Below are positions 42,848-56,244 of a stretch of DNA of 64,000 nt, one piece after another. Positions within the stretch are counted from its first letter, which is position 1; each line of letters starts with the position of its first letter. A program made the translations under genes and the position numbers. Origin of the DNA: Eledone cirrhosa. Its lineage: Eukaryota. Under the pieces are notes generated by a model. It made no database searches, was not told the DNA's origin, and saw only the letters and a program-made list of their open reading frames with translations. The stretch covers positions 9,300,001-9,364,000 of the forward strand of contig OZ024751.1 in assembly GCA_964016885.1 (NCBI GenBank), written 5' to 3'.

Positions 42848-43065
42848 AGTGAATTGGCAGTATCGGTAGAGTTTCGGACAGCATGCTCTGTCGCAGATAG
42901 TTACGTCCCGTTACGTTCTCCGTTCAAATACTGCCGAGGTTAGCTTTGTCTTTCATTCTTCCGGTGTCGATAAAATAAAGTACCAGGAACGAACTGGGCT
43001 CGTTTTTATCGACTTTCCCTTTCCTCCGAAGAGTTGGCCTTTTGATTAAATCTGAAACAAATATT
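42848..43065 (+). mobile_element. SINE family B
   Basis: TGGCAGTATCGG...GTTCAAAT...GCCGAGGTTAGCTTTGTCTTTCATTC...GATAAAATAAAGTACCAG. Confidence 0.85.
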
Positions 43066-43555
43066 AATGCGGTTTATCGTCGTGTTGTTTGATTTTTGAC
43101 GAACTTCAATATTATCTCTACAAGAAGCTGTAGAGATAATATTGTGACTGTAACAACGGAGACCATTCCTCTACTTAGTTCCACTTCAGCATGTATAAAG
43201 ATGGCAAACGAGCTCGCTAATGGACTCCTTTGTCTGCTAACAAACGATGTAGGATGGCCATTAAACAGATTATCTTCTTTGCCTAATACTCCCTCCTAGA
43301 AACATAATCAGGCCATTATAATATTTTGTCAGAGCATTTTATTATAGGATTATATCAACAGGCATAAACTCATACATAAAGTTGGGGAGGAGGAGTTATT
43401 CGGTTATGTCATATTCAGAACACAATAATACACATTTGGAGTAGCAAGGTCGGCAAAAGTAGACACATTTTGAAAAAATGTCACAAGCGATGGATTAGCG
43501 TGGACTCGCCATGTTATCCCAAATAATAATAATAATAATAATAATAATAATCATA

Positions 43556-43975
43556 ATAATTGTTTCCACTTTTGGCACAAGGCCAGCAATTATCCCAGTG
43601 CATTACTGGTACCCTATTTTATCGACCCCGTAAGGATGGAAAGCAAAGTTAACCTCGGCGGGATTTGATCTCAGAATGGCTAGGGCCGTAACTCTATGCA
43701 TCAAAGCATGCTGTCCGACCGATGATTAGGATTCCTACATTAGGTACAAGGGCAGGGATTTGGGGGGAGGGGAAACGATACTATAAATATTATAAAGGGG
43801 GACCCTACCATAAATTATATCGAGCAAAATATTTAACTTGGAATCTATTCAATAGACTACAGGAGCAACCAAGGGGAACTAGTCGGAAATTGAACTCAGA
43901 ATGTAATGGGTGAAATAGGAAGAACAAGGAATGTTGGTGCAGCCCGACACTCTACCGATTTTGCCAATCATTTTC
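43556..43975 (-). mobile_element. Two adjacent SINE family B copies (one degenerate)
   Basis: Family B motifs at 43556-43722 and 43723-43975; preceded by (AAT)n. Confidence 0.8.
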
Positions 43976-44022
43976 TCCGATATTACCTGCATGTAATTAG
44001 AATGTTTCAGTAAAGAATCGTT

Positions 44023-44232
44023 GAACAGATTTTACAGGCAAAAGGAACCGGCATGAGACCGAGGGATAGACCCCGAACAAGATGACTTGGATAACACCCT
44101 CGAACTCGGCTGGTCTCGCTTGGGGATCCAGGCGGATAAATTAAAGTCGGTTGCATCTGATAGGACTCGCTGTAAGAGGGGTTTGAGGACTTTACCCCCA
44201 AACCCTCTCAGGAATAAGTGGGCAAAGAAGAT
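44023..44232 (+). mobile_element. RTE-clade LINE 3' end fragment
   Basis: QILQAKGTGMRPRDRPRTR...LGWSRLGIQ...VASDR; ends CCCTCTCAGGAATAAGTGG...AAGAAG. Confidence 0.8.
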
Positions 44233-44238
44233 AATAAT

Positions 44239-44421
44239 TGTTTCTACTTTTGGCACAAGGCCAGCAATTAACCAGTGTATTACTGGTACTTTATTTTATC
44301 GACCCCGTAAGGATGAAAGGCAAAGTTAACCTCGGCTAGATTTGAACTCAGACCATAAAGGGCCGTAACTCTATGCTTCAAAGCATGGTGTCCGACCCTC
44401 TACCGATACTGCCAATCCACC
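44239..44421 (-). mobile_element. SINE family B with 18-bp TSD
   Basis: GGCAAAGAAGATAATAAT at 44221-44238 and 44422-44439. Confidence 0.92.
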
Positions 44422-44442
44422 GGCAAAGAAGATAATAATAAC

Positions 44443-44632
44443 AATAATTGTTTCTACTTTTGCCACAAGGCCTGCAATTATCACAGTGTATTACTGGTAC
44501 TTTATTTTATCGACCCCGTAGGGATGAAAGGAAAAATTAACTTCGGCTGGATTTGAACTGAATCTGTTAAGGGCCGTAACTCTATGCTGCAAAGCATAAC
44601 GTACAACCCTCTAACGACACTGACAATCCACA
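44443..44632 (-). mobile_element. SINE family B
   Basis: Full-length homology to the other copies. Confidence 0.88.
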
Positions 44633-44714
44633 GTGATAATAATGATGATGTTGATAAGGAGAGCAATAATATTGTTTTCATAACAACTAAAAACAATAAT
44701 AGTAACATTCTATA

Positions 44715-44723
44715 AGTAGTAGT

Positions 44724-44754
<31 letters not shown>

Positions 44755-44868
44755 ATAGTAGTAGTAGTAGTAGTAGTAGTAGTAACAATGATTGTAGTAG
44801 TAGTAGTAGTGACGAAGGTCGTAGTAGTAGCAATGGTTGTAGTAGTAGTAGTAGTAGTGACGAAGGTC

Positions 44869-44918
<50 letters not shown>

Positions 44919-44919
44919 C

Positions 44920-44951
<32 letters not shown>

Positions 44952-44970
44952 CGTAGTAGTAGTGGTAGTG

Positions 44971-45012
<42 letters not shown>
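44715..45012. repeat. (TAG)n microsatellite
   Basis: Seen directly. Confidence 0.95.
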
Positions 45013-45013
<1 letters not shown>

Positions 45014-45107
45014 CGATGGTTGTTAGCAGTATTGTTGGTAGTTGTTAATCTAGTTAGCAGTTAATCAGGAATATTCATAATAATTGTCTCGAAGGCAAAG
45101 AAGACAT

Positions 45108-46310
45108 AGCAACATCAGTAGCAGCAGCAGTATCATTAATATCAGTAGCAGCAGTAGCAGTAATATCAGTAGCAGCAGCAGTATCAGTAATATCAGTAGC
45201 AGCAGTATCAGTAATATCAGCAGCAGCAGTATCAGTAATATCAGCAGCAGCAGTATCAGTAATATCAGTAGCAGCAGCAGTATCAGTAATATCAGTAGCA
45301 GCAGCAGTATCAGTAATATCAGTAGCAGCAGTAGCAGTAATATCAGTAGCAGCAGCAGTATCAGTAATATCAGTAGCAGCAGTATCAGTAATATCAGTAG
45401 CAGCAGTATCAGTAATACCAGTAGCAGCAGCAGTATCAGTAATATCAGTAGCAGCAGCAGTATCATTAATATCAGTAGCAGCAGTAGCAGTAATATCAGT
45501 AGCAGCAGCAGTATCAGTAATATCAGTAGCAGCAGTATCAGTAATATCAGTAGCAGCAGCAGTATCAGTAATATCAGTAGCAGCAGTATCAGTAATATCA
45601 GTAGCAGCAGTATCAGTAATATCAGTAGTAGCAGCAGTATCAGTAATATCAGTAGCAGCAGTAGCAGTAATATCAGTAGCAGCAGCAGTATCAGTAATAT
45701 CAGTAGCAGCAGTAGCAGTAATATCAGTAGCAGCAGTAGCAGTAATATCAGTAGCAGCAGCAGTATCAGTAATATCAGTAGCAGCAGTATCAGTAATATC
45801 AGTAGCAGCAGTATCAGTAATATCAGTAGCAGCAGCAGTATCAGTAATATCAGTAGCAGCAGCAGTATCAGTAATATCAGTAGCAGCAGTATCAGTAATA
45901 TCAGTAGCAGCAGCAGTATCAGTAATATCAGTAGCAGCAGCAGTATCAGTAATATCAGTAGCAGCAGTATCAGTAATATCAGTAGCAGCAGCAGTATCAG
46001 TAATATCAGTAGCAGCAGTAACAGTAATATCAGTAGCAGCAGTATCAGTAATATCAGTAGCAGCAGCAGTATCAGTAATATCAGTAGCAGCAGTATCAGT
46101 AATATCAGTAGCAGCAGCAGTATCAGTAATATCAGTAGCAGCAGCAGTATCAGTAATATCAGTAGCAGCAGTATCAGTAATATCAGTAGCAGCAGTATCA
46201 GTAATATCAGTAGCAGCAGCAGTATCAGTAATATCAGTAGCAGCAGCAGTATCAGTAATATCAGTAGCAGCAGTATCAGTAATATCAGTAGCAGCAGTAT
46301 TAATAGTATT
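45108..46310. repeat. Homogeneous 21/24-bp minisatellite, unit AGT-ATC-AGT-AAT-ATC-AGT-(AGC)n with variable AGC count
   Basis: About 50 near-identical units; produces the poly-Ser/Ile and poly-Leu ORFs. Confidence 0.95.
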
Positions 46311-47139
46311 AGTCGCAGCGCTTCTAATGCAGAAATAGCAAATAGCAAATACCCTCCGTTCACGTTGTAACCATTGGAAGAACTACTTGATTGCTTAGCT
46401 GGTTGGTTTCTTGGTAGGCTGGCTGGTTGTATGGATGAAAGTGAGTTATTCCACTGTTAACATATAACAGCACGATTACGTGACAACTTTCCATTGGGTA
46501 TCGTGTATAAGGGTGATTTCAGAGAAATCGAATTTAAAAGACAATGTAAATCAGAGGGATTCATTAAGATAATAGAGGAACGGGCTAATGAGTGCCGTTA
46601 CTCTAATTACACAGCGTAATTGAAGATTTGTGTTGATTGGGAATCTGTGTTCACTGATACTTTGACTTACAGTTATGGCACCATTCTCTATTTCATTGGC
46701 AATCCACGACAACGTCTCTTCCGACCTTTATCTCTGCTGCCTCTGCTTTCTTTTATATACATCACTCTCTTTCTCTCTCCTCTACCTGCTCTCTGCCTCT
46801 TCACTCTTTCATATATATTACTCTCTTTCTCTTTCCTCTACCTTGTCTCTACTTTTTCACTTTTTCATATATATCACTCTCTCTCACACACACACACACA
46901 TACACACACATTCTCTCTGTCTTTACAAGTAGCAAGCAATATTATCAGATAGAAGGTTACGGGGTTAAATCTAATAATTATATCATCTCTTTGTAGACTG
47001 CTATTTTATAAGGTACTTTTCAATTCAAATGATGGTAAAATGAAAGCTAACCCTCCTTGTTTTTATCACAGATATTTTCTTTAATTCCATGGGGTTATTT
47101 TCACAATAGCTACAACAGATTTATTCCATCTCGTTTGAT

Positions 47140-47187
47140 TCTCTCTCTCGCCTTCCCTTCCACATCTCTCTCTCTCTCTCTCTCTCT

Positions 47188-47231
<44 letters not shown>

Positions 47232-47470
47232 CGATCTCCCTACCGATCTCTACCGATCTCCCTACCGATCTCTACCGATGTCTACCGATCTCTTTCTCTA
47301 CTGATCTCTCTCTTCGCTCTCTCTCTCCCGCCCTTTTCCTCTCTTCTCTTTGTCCCACCTTCTTTCTCTCTTTTCTCTTTCTCCCACCCTCCACCTCTCT
47401 CTATGTTCTCTATCTCTGTGACCCCCCCCCCCTTCTTTCTGTTCTTCCCCTCTGCCTCCCTCTCTTTCTT
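47140..47470. repeat. (CT)n tract with CTACCGATCT short tandem repeats
   Basis: Seen directly. Confidence 0.85.
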
Positions 47471-47829
47471 ACTGCTAGCTGTTTTTTGGAGTTTGAAACA
47501 AAGAGGGATTCATTATTTCCATCGAAACATACTTAAATGTCCATCATAAAATTAGGGTCTTACATTAAGGTACCCAATATTTAGTCATCTGACCTGTTAA
47601 AAATAACAGCTAAATGTCCATGAAATTAGATGCTTTCTTCTTGCAAAAGGAGTGGTAGATGGACACAGGGAATGATTTTTTCTTAGATATCTATACTAAG
47701 AAAAAAACATCCTTTTCACTCAGTTAGCCTGCGGCTAAACAATAAACCCGTCTCCATACACACATACAAACGCACACGCACGGACTCACGCTCACACGCA
47801 CACTCACACACACACACACACCGACACAC

Positions 47830-47897
<68 letters not shown>

Positions 47898-48510
47898 ACA
47901 TACACCCCCACACACACACGCGCACACACACACATACACATATTTGGTGGGATATCGCTCTACCTACTTTTCTATCTATCTATCTTCCTATATCGACATG
48001 ATTCTCATTCTATGTCAAACAATGGTTCCTATCAGCCACAAGGCTTCCTCACTTTCTGAACCAATCTACACTAAACTAATCACGTTAATTCAAGTCATAT
48101 CACCTTCATCTTTCTTAATCTTCTTTGTATCTGGATATCCTTAGGGCTCCTACAAATAAACAATCCACTCAATTATTCGTTCTCGCAAAACAACATAATT
48201 ATGCATTTTACTTGTTTAAACACAAAAATCACTAAAACATTCGGTCTTTTATTTTATTTATTTATTTTTTTCTACCTGTTCAGACAGGGAGGGCAGGGAA
48301 TACTCAGAATCCGTTTCAGAGATTTCTGGACGGTTTAAAATGGTATGCCATTGTATGCCATGGATATGCCCAATGTACACTTGATGAAATCGATTGTTCG
48401 TTGCATTCTAACTCAGTCGTCGACTTGTTGTTAACTATCTAGGCAGGGATCAAAGCCCACCATTTCTGTTGTCTCTAGGGTAACAGATAGCAAAAGTGCT
48501 GCTGAACCGT

Positions 48511-49080
48511 CTTCTTTTTTCTACGCCCTCTTATTCTTGAGAAGGCCGTGGAGGCAGAGTTCTCAAACACTCTTTCCAGCAGGTCCTGTCATAAGAAACC
48601 GTCTCCAACTAAGCCGGCTAGATCCTCAACCGTGACCAGCCAAGCCCATGGGTCTCCTGCCGCTAAAATCCGTCCAGCAATTCTTTCTTGAGACATTCTA
48701 ACCACATGTCCATAATATCAGAGCTGTGATCTCTCAATTCGGAGAAGTAGTGGCTCTCTGATTTCCAAGTTACGCACTTTATCGAGTAACGTTATTTGGC
48801 AGTATCGGTAGAGGGTCAGACATGCTTTCCAGCGTAGTGACGTCCCTTTACGATCTGAGTTCAAATCCCGCCGAGGTTAACTTTGCCTTTCATCCTTACG
48901 GGGTCGATAAAATAAAGTACCAGTAATGCACTGGGTAATTGCTGGCCTTGTGCCAATAGTAGAAACAGTTATTTCAAGACCCTTCGGTGGAATGCCGTTT
49001 CGGACGCTTGTACTCGCGCTCGTATTCTTTCGATTATTACCCCAGATTCATGAGCATAGGTAAGGGTTGGCACGAAAACT
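48511..49080 (-). mobile_element. RTE-clade LINE 3' fragment interrupted by SINE family B (48798-48970, +)
   Basis: Homologous to 50170-50487 and 51884-52278 (CTACTTCTCCGAATTGAGAGATCACAGCT); the SINE is flanked by duplicated GTTATTT. Confidence 0.8.
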
Positions 49081-50169
49081 GAATTGAAGATAGTGAATTT
49101 GGCTTTTGCGCCTACCTCCCTTCTGGTTACTCAATGCTGAAGTTGGCGCATTACTGCATCAGATTCAATTCTAATGTTCTTGTTTAGTGAGAGCTTCTTC
49201 TTCTTTCCAAGCATTGTCATTTATTTTATTCTGAATACACTAAAATCTTAATTAGCGCTTTTGACTTTAATAGAATAGAGATGCTGTGATGTCCATATAT
49301 TTCGTAATACATTATAGAAACGTCTATAAGAGAAATTCCTGTAATATAACGTTGATATGCTATCGTCTACACTCCACAGCATTCAGTTTACATCGGTTGT
49401 ATAATAGTCTGGTTTTCTATTTATTAAATCAATCTACATTTATTTCCTCTCACATGAATGAGTATTTAAAGAGGTTAACCATGAATTGTACTTTTTACAC
49501 CGAATTACTCTTTTTCATTCAGATGGTCGCGTTCCAGCTTACTGTCTGTACTGAATCGTATTGAATTTTTACATCAGATTTCGCCTATTTCCCATGGTTC
49601 ATTAATTTATTCTGAAGTACATTTCTGATTAAATCGAATTCTTACTTATTACGAGACTCTATATTTCCATTATTTGCTTGTCAACTTTAATTTGTGCCAT
49701 CATCGCTCTTAGAAAAAAAAATTAGAGTAAGAACTATGCTGGTGTAATATCCTTAAATTTACTTCCAATGTTCCTTGTTAATTATGTATGATTTATATTG
49801 CCATGGAATTAGTTAGAAACGTCTTAATAAAGTAACGATCGCTAGATTGCTGAATTGGTAATATACTGTTCTGCTAGCCGAGTCTAAAGAATTATAGACA
49901 ACTAGTAACTTACTGAGTAAATATTATCAAATGTATCATACTACGATACCTCCTTGACCAATACATTTAATCTATGTTTACTCAATATATTGTATTGTAA
50001 ATATACACCCTACCATTTGATTTACCCAGTGTTTTGTCACATTGTATTTAACAGAAGGGATTATAATGCATCTATTTCGTTTGTTCATATTAACTTATTT
50101 CACATATATGCATTGCTGAATTCTCTTTAAACTTTAGTCGAAATATTCTAATGTTAAGAAATGGCTACC

Positions 50170-50487
50170 AGTGCGTAACTCAGAGATCAGAGAGTCACTC
50201 CAGTTAGAGCCGCTACTTCTCTAAATTGAGAGATCACAGCTTCGATACTATGGGTATGTCATTAGAATAACTCAGGAAAGAATTGCTGGACAGATTTTAC
50301 GGGCAAAACCAGCCTGCAAGAGACCCAGAGTTAGACCCCGAGCAAGATGGTTGGATAACATTCATTAGCTTGGCTGGTCCAGCCAGATCAGTTGGAGACG
50401 GTTGCTTCTGGCAGGACTCGCTGGAAGTAGTGTTTGAGGACTCCACTCCAATGACCCTCTCAGGAATAAGTGGACGAAGAAGAAGAG
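50170..50487 (+). mobile_element. RTE-clade LINE 3' fragment
   Basis: VRNSEIRESLQLEPLLL.IERSQLRYYGYVIRI..ERIAGQILRAKP; (AAG)n tail. Confidence 0.85.
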
Positions 50488-50895
50488 GTTACCAGTGGAA
50501 ATTAATGATGCAGCACTTTACTAAATACCTTACAAAATTGATTTCATACCTCCAAGTTTTACATAACATTTAAAATTCTGCCATATCCGAATTTGGACTT
50601 TCCTTTCTCTGGGTTTCCCCAAAAGTGTTACGTATTATAAACATATTGATATTGATTTTAAGCAATTATCAATAACGCTGCTCAATTTAACCTTATTACT
50701 GCAGAAATATATTGCAACGCCGCAAGCCCAAAATCTAGTCAGACTTTCTAAGATTTACACACACGCAGCTGCACGTTTTCTGTATTACTTTCTCAAACCT
50801 CTATATTCAAGAACATATGAAATCTACTTTATTTGCACTTCATCTGAAGAAGTTATACTACAATATACTAATTCCATATACTGTTGTTATACTAG

Positions 50896-51193
50896 AGTAT
50901 AGGCTTAGTGGTTAGATCATTAGGCTTGCTATCGGGAGGTTGTGAGTTCCGTTCCCGGACCGAGTGATGCGTTGTGACACTTTACTAAATGAGTTGTGCC
51001 GTCCCTGGTGCCAAGCTGTATTAGCCTTTGCCTTTCCCCTGGAAAATATCGGTAACTTGGAGAGGGGGGGCTGGTTTGCATGGGCTACTGCTGGTCTTCT
51101 AGAAACAATCTTGACCGGACTTATGCCTCGGAGAGGAATTTTCTAGAGCAAGTCCCACGGTCATTCGTGGCAGAAGGGGGTCTTTACTCTTAC
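50896..51193 (+). mobile_element. tRNA-derived SINE family C
   Basis: A box AGGCTTAGTGG, B-box-like GAGTTCCGTTCCC, body unlike families A and B, short TTTAC/CTTAC tail. Confidence 0.6.
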
Positions 51194-51237
51194 TGTTGTT
51201 ATACTACAATATTTTAATTCCATATGCTGTTGTTATC

Positions 51238-51390
51238 GGCGACGAATTGGCAGAGCCGTGAGAACGTCGGATAGAATGCTTTATGGTATTCGTTCCGGCT
51301 CTCTTAGTTCAAATTCCGTAGAGGTCAACTTTGCCTTTCACCCTTTCGAGATCGATAAAAAGAAAGTACCAGTTTAGTACTGGGGTGGAT
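51238..51390 (+). mobile_element. SINE family B, diverged
   Basis: GGCGACGAATTGGCAGAG...GTTCAAATTCC...GAGGTCAACTTTGCCTTTCA...GATAAAAAGAAAGTACCAG. Confidence 0.8.
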
Positions 51391-51883
51391 TCTTACTCTA
51401 TATCTCTTTCTCATTTCCTCTCTCTGACTTTCTCATTTTCTCTCTCTCACTTTCTATCTTCTTCTGGAAGAAATCTGCTGTACTGTAGCCTGGAGAGGAA
51501 TGGGCTTAAAATGCCAAGAAACGCCGTATTTCAATACAGCACCCCTACGACTTTATCAGAAATTACGGGACGATACCATAACATACCATACTACAAGTAT
51601 GTTATCTAATGTAGCCTTTATTTTTAAAGTGGCAGTGTGTTATTTTAAGACAGTTTGCATTATGTCTAACATGTACGAGAACTGCAGGAATTATGGGACA
51701 TTACATACATACTGTTGTTATACTACAATATTTTAATTACATATACTCTTATTAAACTAGAATATCTTAATTAACTATGAGTCGGGTGTTTAATCAAGAG
51801 TTGTATAATCTCATTTATAATCAACATCTGTCCTTGACGTCAAGCTACAGATACTGGCCCTGTGTTTAAACAACAGTTGTATG

Positions 51884-52278
51884 TCTTCTTCGCCCACTTA
51901 TTGCTGAGGGGGTCATGGGGGGAGAGCCCTCAACTACTCTCTCCAGCAGGTCCTGTCAGAATCAACTGTCTACAACTGATCCGGCTGGATCCCCAAGTGA
52001 AACCAGCCAAGCTCATGGATGTTATCCAAACATCATTCTCGGATTCTACCCTTAGGTCTCTTACTAATTAATTTTATCCATAAAATCTGTCCAGTGTTTC
52101 TTTCCTTGGACATTCTAAACACATCCCCATAGTATCGAAGCTGTGATCTCTCAATTCAGAGAAGTAGCGGCTCTACCTAGAGTGACTCTCTGATCTCCGA
52201 GATATGCACTTTATCGCCAAAGTCCCTTCGAAGGAATGCCATTCCGGGTGCTTGTATTCGTGATCGTATTCTTTCGGT
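51884..52278 (-). mobile_element. RTE-clade LINE 3' fragment
   Basis: Reverse complement is homologous to 50170-50487. Confidence 0.85.
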
Positions 52279-53816
52279 ATATTCTCATTTATAATGAACA
52301 TCTGACGTTTACATCAAGCTACAGATATTGTGTGAAGTTTACAAACTCGTACATTAATGTAATAATTAAGCCGTAGTTATTTCATAGACTCCTCTTCAGT
52401 AAGGCTCAATTGTAAACATGATCCTGGTGAACTTGATCTCATATCATAAGGCAACATAACTAATAGCTGCAACTAGTACATTGACGCAATAATTAAGCCG
52501 TACATGTTTCAACGACACCCCTTCAGTAAGGCTCAAATGTAAAGATCATACTGGTGAACTTGATCTCGTATCATAAACAACACAATATGCTGCAGAATGT
52601 TTCTCGGTTACTCTACAATCTCTGCTAATCCACCGTCCATTCATTGTTATGACTGACAGAAATAATGTACATCCCCATTCGTTACTTGTATTACCTACCA
52701 GGGCGCCATCTAGATTTTTTTTTAAAATCATATATTTTTGCCCTAAACCAACTATACAAACAAACACCAGCCTTGTTATGAGGGAAGCACTTATCTGTCA
52801 TAACCTGATGACGATGTGTGAAATTTGAATAACTACAAAAGAAACGAAAGGAGATTGGGAGGAAGAAAGAAAAATAATGAAAGAAGAAGAAATAGATAAA
52901 CAGTGTTTTTAATAGAATTTATAAAAAGCAAGTATTAATAATAAAATATATGGTGAAGAGACAAACACAGCCGAAATTTAGATCAGAAATTGTAAAAGTT
53001 GCCGACTGATAGTGAACGAGTGAAAAGCAAAACAAACTAACGTGATTACATATAAAATACGATAAAATAGTTATTGAAATGGATTTTCCCGCTAACAACT
53101 GGAAGATGCGTCAACCTGTCTCCTATTCTAACTTCTTTATTTTGCTTTGACGTATATAGTGATAAGAATATCAGGACTTGGACGAGAAGTTATTTTTCTA
53201 TATATATTTTTAATTCTTTCTATTCAGATTTCTGTATCCAAATCTGGTTAAATTCAAATTATTCTTTTCCACAATTTTTTTTATTTACTTCAACTTTTTA
53301 CCATCCTTTTCTCGCTCTCTTTGTTTTAAACATTTTTTATGTTGCTGATGATGCTGTTGTTGTTATTGTTTCGTTGTTTTTCTGTTTTGGGGGTATTTTT
53401 TTAAAATTGTTCTTTATGTTTTATATTTACTTGTTTATTGCCTCTATTTTAGTATTTATTTGCAGAGATCAAAATCTAGTGTTTGTTTGTCAATGTTTCA
53501 ATGTGTTACATGGAAACTTTTATCTCAGTCTTCTATAGATTTATGTTATTCTCTCTAAATACTTATTGTATTTTCTATATTTTTATTCACCCCGTCTGTC
53601 TTTCTATCAGTCATGACTCTTTATATCAATGAGTAAATGATCAGCTCCCTGAAATCACACAAACTTTAAGTTTCAAATCTAAATAAACTAACACACATGC
53701 CTCTGATATTGACTGTATTTAACAAGTAATAGCTTGTATTCTTTTCAAACTCTCCCAATAGCATGACTGGACGATACACACGTTCAAACAAAATGTCCAA
53801 TAATTTAATAAATCCA

Positions 53817-53891
53817 CAGTGCGGCAGAAAAACCTCCCATATTTTACACAGTCAGCCTTTGAAATGTGGGCGGTATTAATGTCGCACCCTG
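53817..53891. mobile_element. Possible tiny Tc1/mariner-type MITE remnant
   Basis: Imperfect terminal inverted repeats CAGTGCGGCAGAAAAACCTCCCATATTT versus CAGGGTGCGACATTAATACCGCCCACATTT (reverse complement of the right end). Confidence 0.35.
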
Positions 53892-54332
53892 CAGGAAGAC
53901 AAACTAATATTTCCATATAGCTGAGACACACGTAGTTGAGTTTGATAAACATATATTAATGACAGGATGGTGAAGATTATGGTGGTGATAGGGGGATGTT
54001 GTAATGATGATAATGAGGAGGAGGGGAGTACGTAGGTGAGGGGAGGAGGAAAGGGGAGGCAAGTGAAGATGAGGGGGAGGAAGAAAATGACAATAATCAA
54101 GAGGAGGAGGAAGGAGATGATGATAATTAGGAGAAGGAGGAGGAAGATAAAGAGTGAAAGCTACGTAATATAAGGCAATTTATGTAACGCTCTGTCGACC
54201 CGGAAGGAGGCAAGAAATATGAAACTGACTTTGACAAAATTCAAACTCAAAGAGACGTAACAGAAAACAGAATAATCTGGCAACCAATCTTTGGGAAATT
54301 ATATCAAATATAATCAATATATAAAGAATTAC

Positions 54333-54830
54333 CCACTTTCCATTCGAAGGAGGTAGATCCCTCATCTGGGACGCCACATCTTGTGACACGTTCTACGCCT
54401 CCAACTTAATCGCTTTGGCTAGAAATCCCTGCACTGCGGCCCGCAATGCAGAGGAAAGACCGCTTCCTCTTCGTACCAGTCACCGTCGAGACCTTAGGCG
54501 TACTTGGACCCCCGTACTGCCGAGCTCCACTGAAGATCAGAACGCCAGAAGCCCGTGTGAGGAAGGAGGCCCGTGAGGTAGTGTGGTTGTTGCAGCAGGT
54601 GTCGCTGGCCGTTGTCCGAAGAAATGCTTTTGCGGTCATGTCCGTGGGTCACAGTCCCAACCCGCCGCTCCCTAGGCCTCGAGCCCATTACCCTCCGTCT
54701 TCCCCCTCCTATTCTTCTGTGACGACCCTAGAGCCATTGCCTATCCCTCTCTTTTCCGTTTTTAAATATCTGTAGTGTAATTATTTGAAATATATTCGTG
54801 TACGATTTTTAAAATAAATTATTAATAAGA
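54333..54830 (+). pseudogene. CRE-clade non-LTR retrotransposon 3' end (restriction-like endonuclease)
   Basis: PFEGGRSLIWDATSCDTFYASNL...AARNAEER, frameshift, then FLFVPVTVETLGVLGP...WLLQQVSLAVVRRNAFAVM; AATAAA at the 3' end. Confidence 0.85.
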
Positions 54831-55059
54831 CATATTTAGTTGATAATAGCACCCCCCCCCAAAAAAAAAAACATAAATGTGAGGAAAATGTGATTGTAGC
54901 ATTCAGTGTGAAATATTTTGCTTTTGTAAAATAGAAAACAATTTTGATTTTCGTTCAGATGCTTTATTGATTAATTTTATTGATTAATTTATTGATTAAT
55001 TGTGTCCATAACGTTATTAGGTCTTCTGCAGCCTTACTTGACTGTAGTTAAAGATAACT

Positions 55060-55350
55060 AGGAGACTTCTGGTGTCCTGGCCCTAGGGCCACCTCCCTAC
55101 TTACTACCATTGACACAGAGTTGGCTACCAACATGTGTGAGCCTCCCGTGCTGGAATGGTTCTTCCAGCGTGTTTCCCTCTCCATTCTCCATGGAAACGC
55201 CTACTCTATTCTGTCCGCCGTATCGCAGAGTGGCCAGCGCGTGGGCCCGCATTTGCTCCTAATAGTGAGAGATGGGGAGAGGCGAAGAGACGGGAGAAAT
55301 GACAACGACAGTGGGCGTTTGGTTCCCCTGTGTTCGGGCCTTGTGTATAT
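55060..55350 (+). pseudogene. CRE-clade 3' end fragment (second family)
   Basis: GPRATSLL...EWFFQRVSLSILHGNAYSILSA plus 3' UTR. Confidence 0.75.
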
Positions 55351-55539
55351 ATAAATACATAAATGAAAGAAAAATATGATTGTTGCATTCAGGGCGAAAC
55401 TTTTACAACGTAAACCAAAATATTTTGCTTTTGTTGAATAGAAAACAATTTCGATTTTCATTCAGATATTTTAGTGATTAATTTGATGCAGAGAAATTGT
55501 GTCCATAACCTTATTAGGTCTTCTATGTCTTTCTGTAGA

Positions 55540-55705
55540 CCTTGCTCACCATCCTTTGGGGAAACGCATTCTCTATTCTGTCTGCCGGGGCCGTGGGGCG
55601 GCCAGCGTGTGGGCCCCCATTTGCTGAAAGATAGTGAAAGATGGGGAGAGGCGGAGGCAGTGACAGTGTGAGGTTGGTTCCTTTGTGTACAGACCTGATG
55701 TATAT
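55540..55705 (+). mobile_element. Shorter CRE-clade 3' end copy within a local duplication
   Basis: GGAAACGCATTCTCTATTCTGTCTGCC and UTR match 55190-55350; the upstream flank 55410-55525 duplicates 54910-55030. Confidence 0.7.
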
Positions 55706-56244
55706 ATGTTTCACAGACGCACACTCACATTGGGGCAGTCGTTAAAAGGTTTAATGAAAGGAGTCATCGTTTTATTTGATATTGGTTGGAATGTCAGTTA
55801 TTGACAGAGACCATGTCGTTGTAATCACCTCCATATAGAAGCGATTGACGAAGCTATAGTTGTTTCAGTTATTGTTGTTGTTGCTGGTGTTGTTTTTGTT
55901 GTTGTTTTTTCGTCGTTGTCGTCGTTGCTGTTGTTTTTGTTGTTGATGTTGTTGCCGATGTTCTTTACGTCATTAATGTTGCTGCTGATGTTTAGCGGAC
56001 GATAAAGCTCAGGGGGGGGGGGGGGGCATACGTCTAATCAAAGGTGTTTTTCCAGCTGCCTTCTTCTAATTTATTCATTCATTATACGACGAAGAAAACT
56101 TTAATCAGTCTACTTTAAGCAATCATCCTGTTGTCTTCTTTGGAGGTAGAGGTATGTGTTTAAGGAGGAAGGAGTAGAACATTCACGTAAAGGCGTCTGC
56201 CTTAACCCGAGCCAACTATTTTAAAGACAATGCTTAGATATGTA

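Noticed and set aside
52800-52835. CTGATGA...GAAA hammerhead-like boxes
   Set aside because: No pairing for stem I or stem II; likely chance.
53074-53538. 154-aa hydrophobic ORF resembling a membrane protein
   Set aside because: TTG start and T-rich low-complexity sequence; no recognisable motif.
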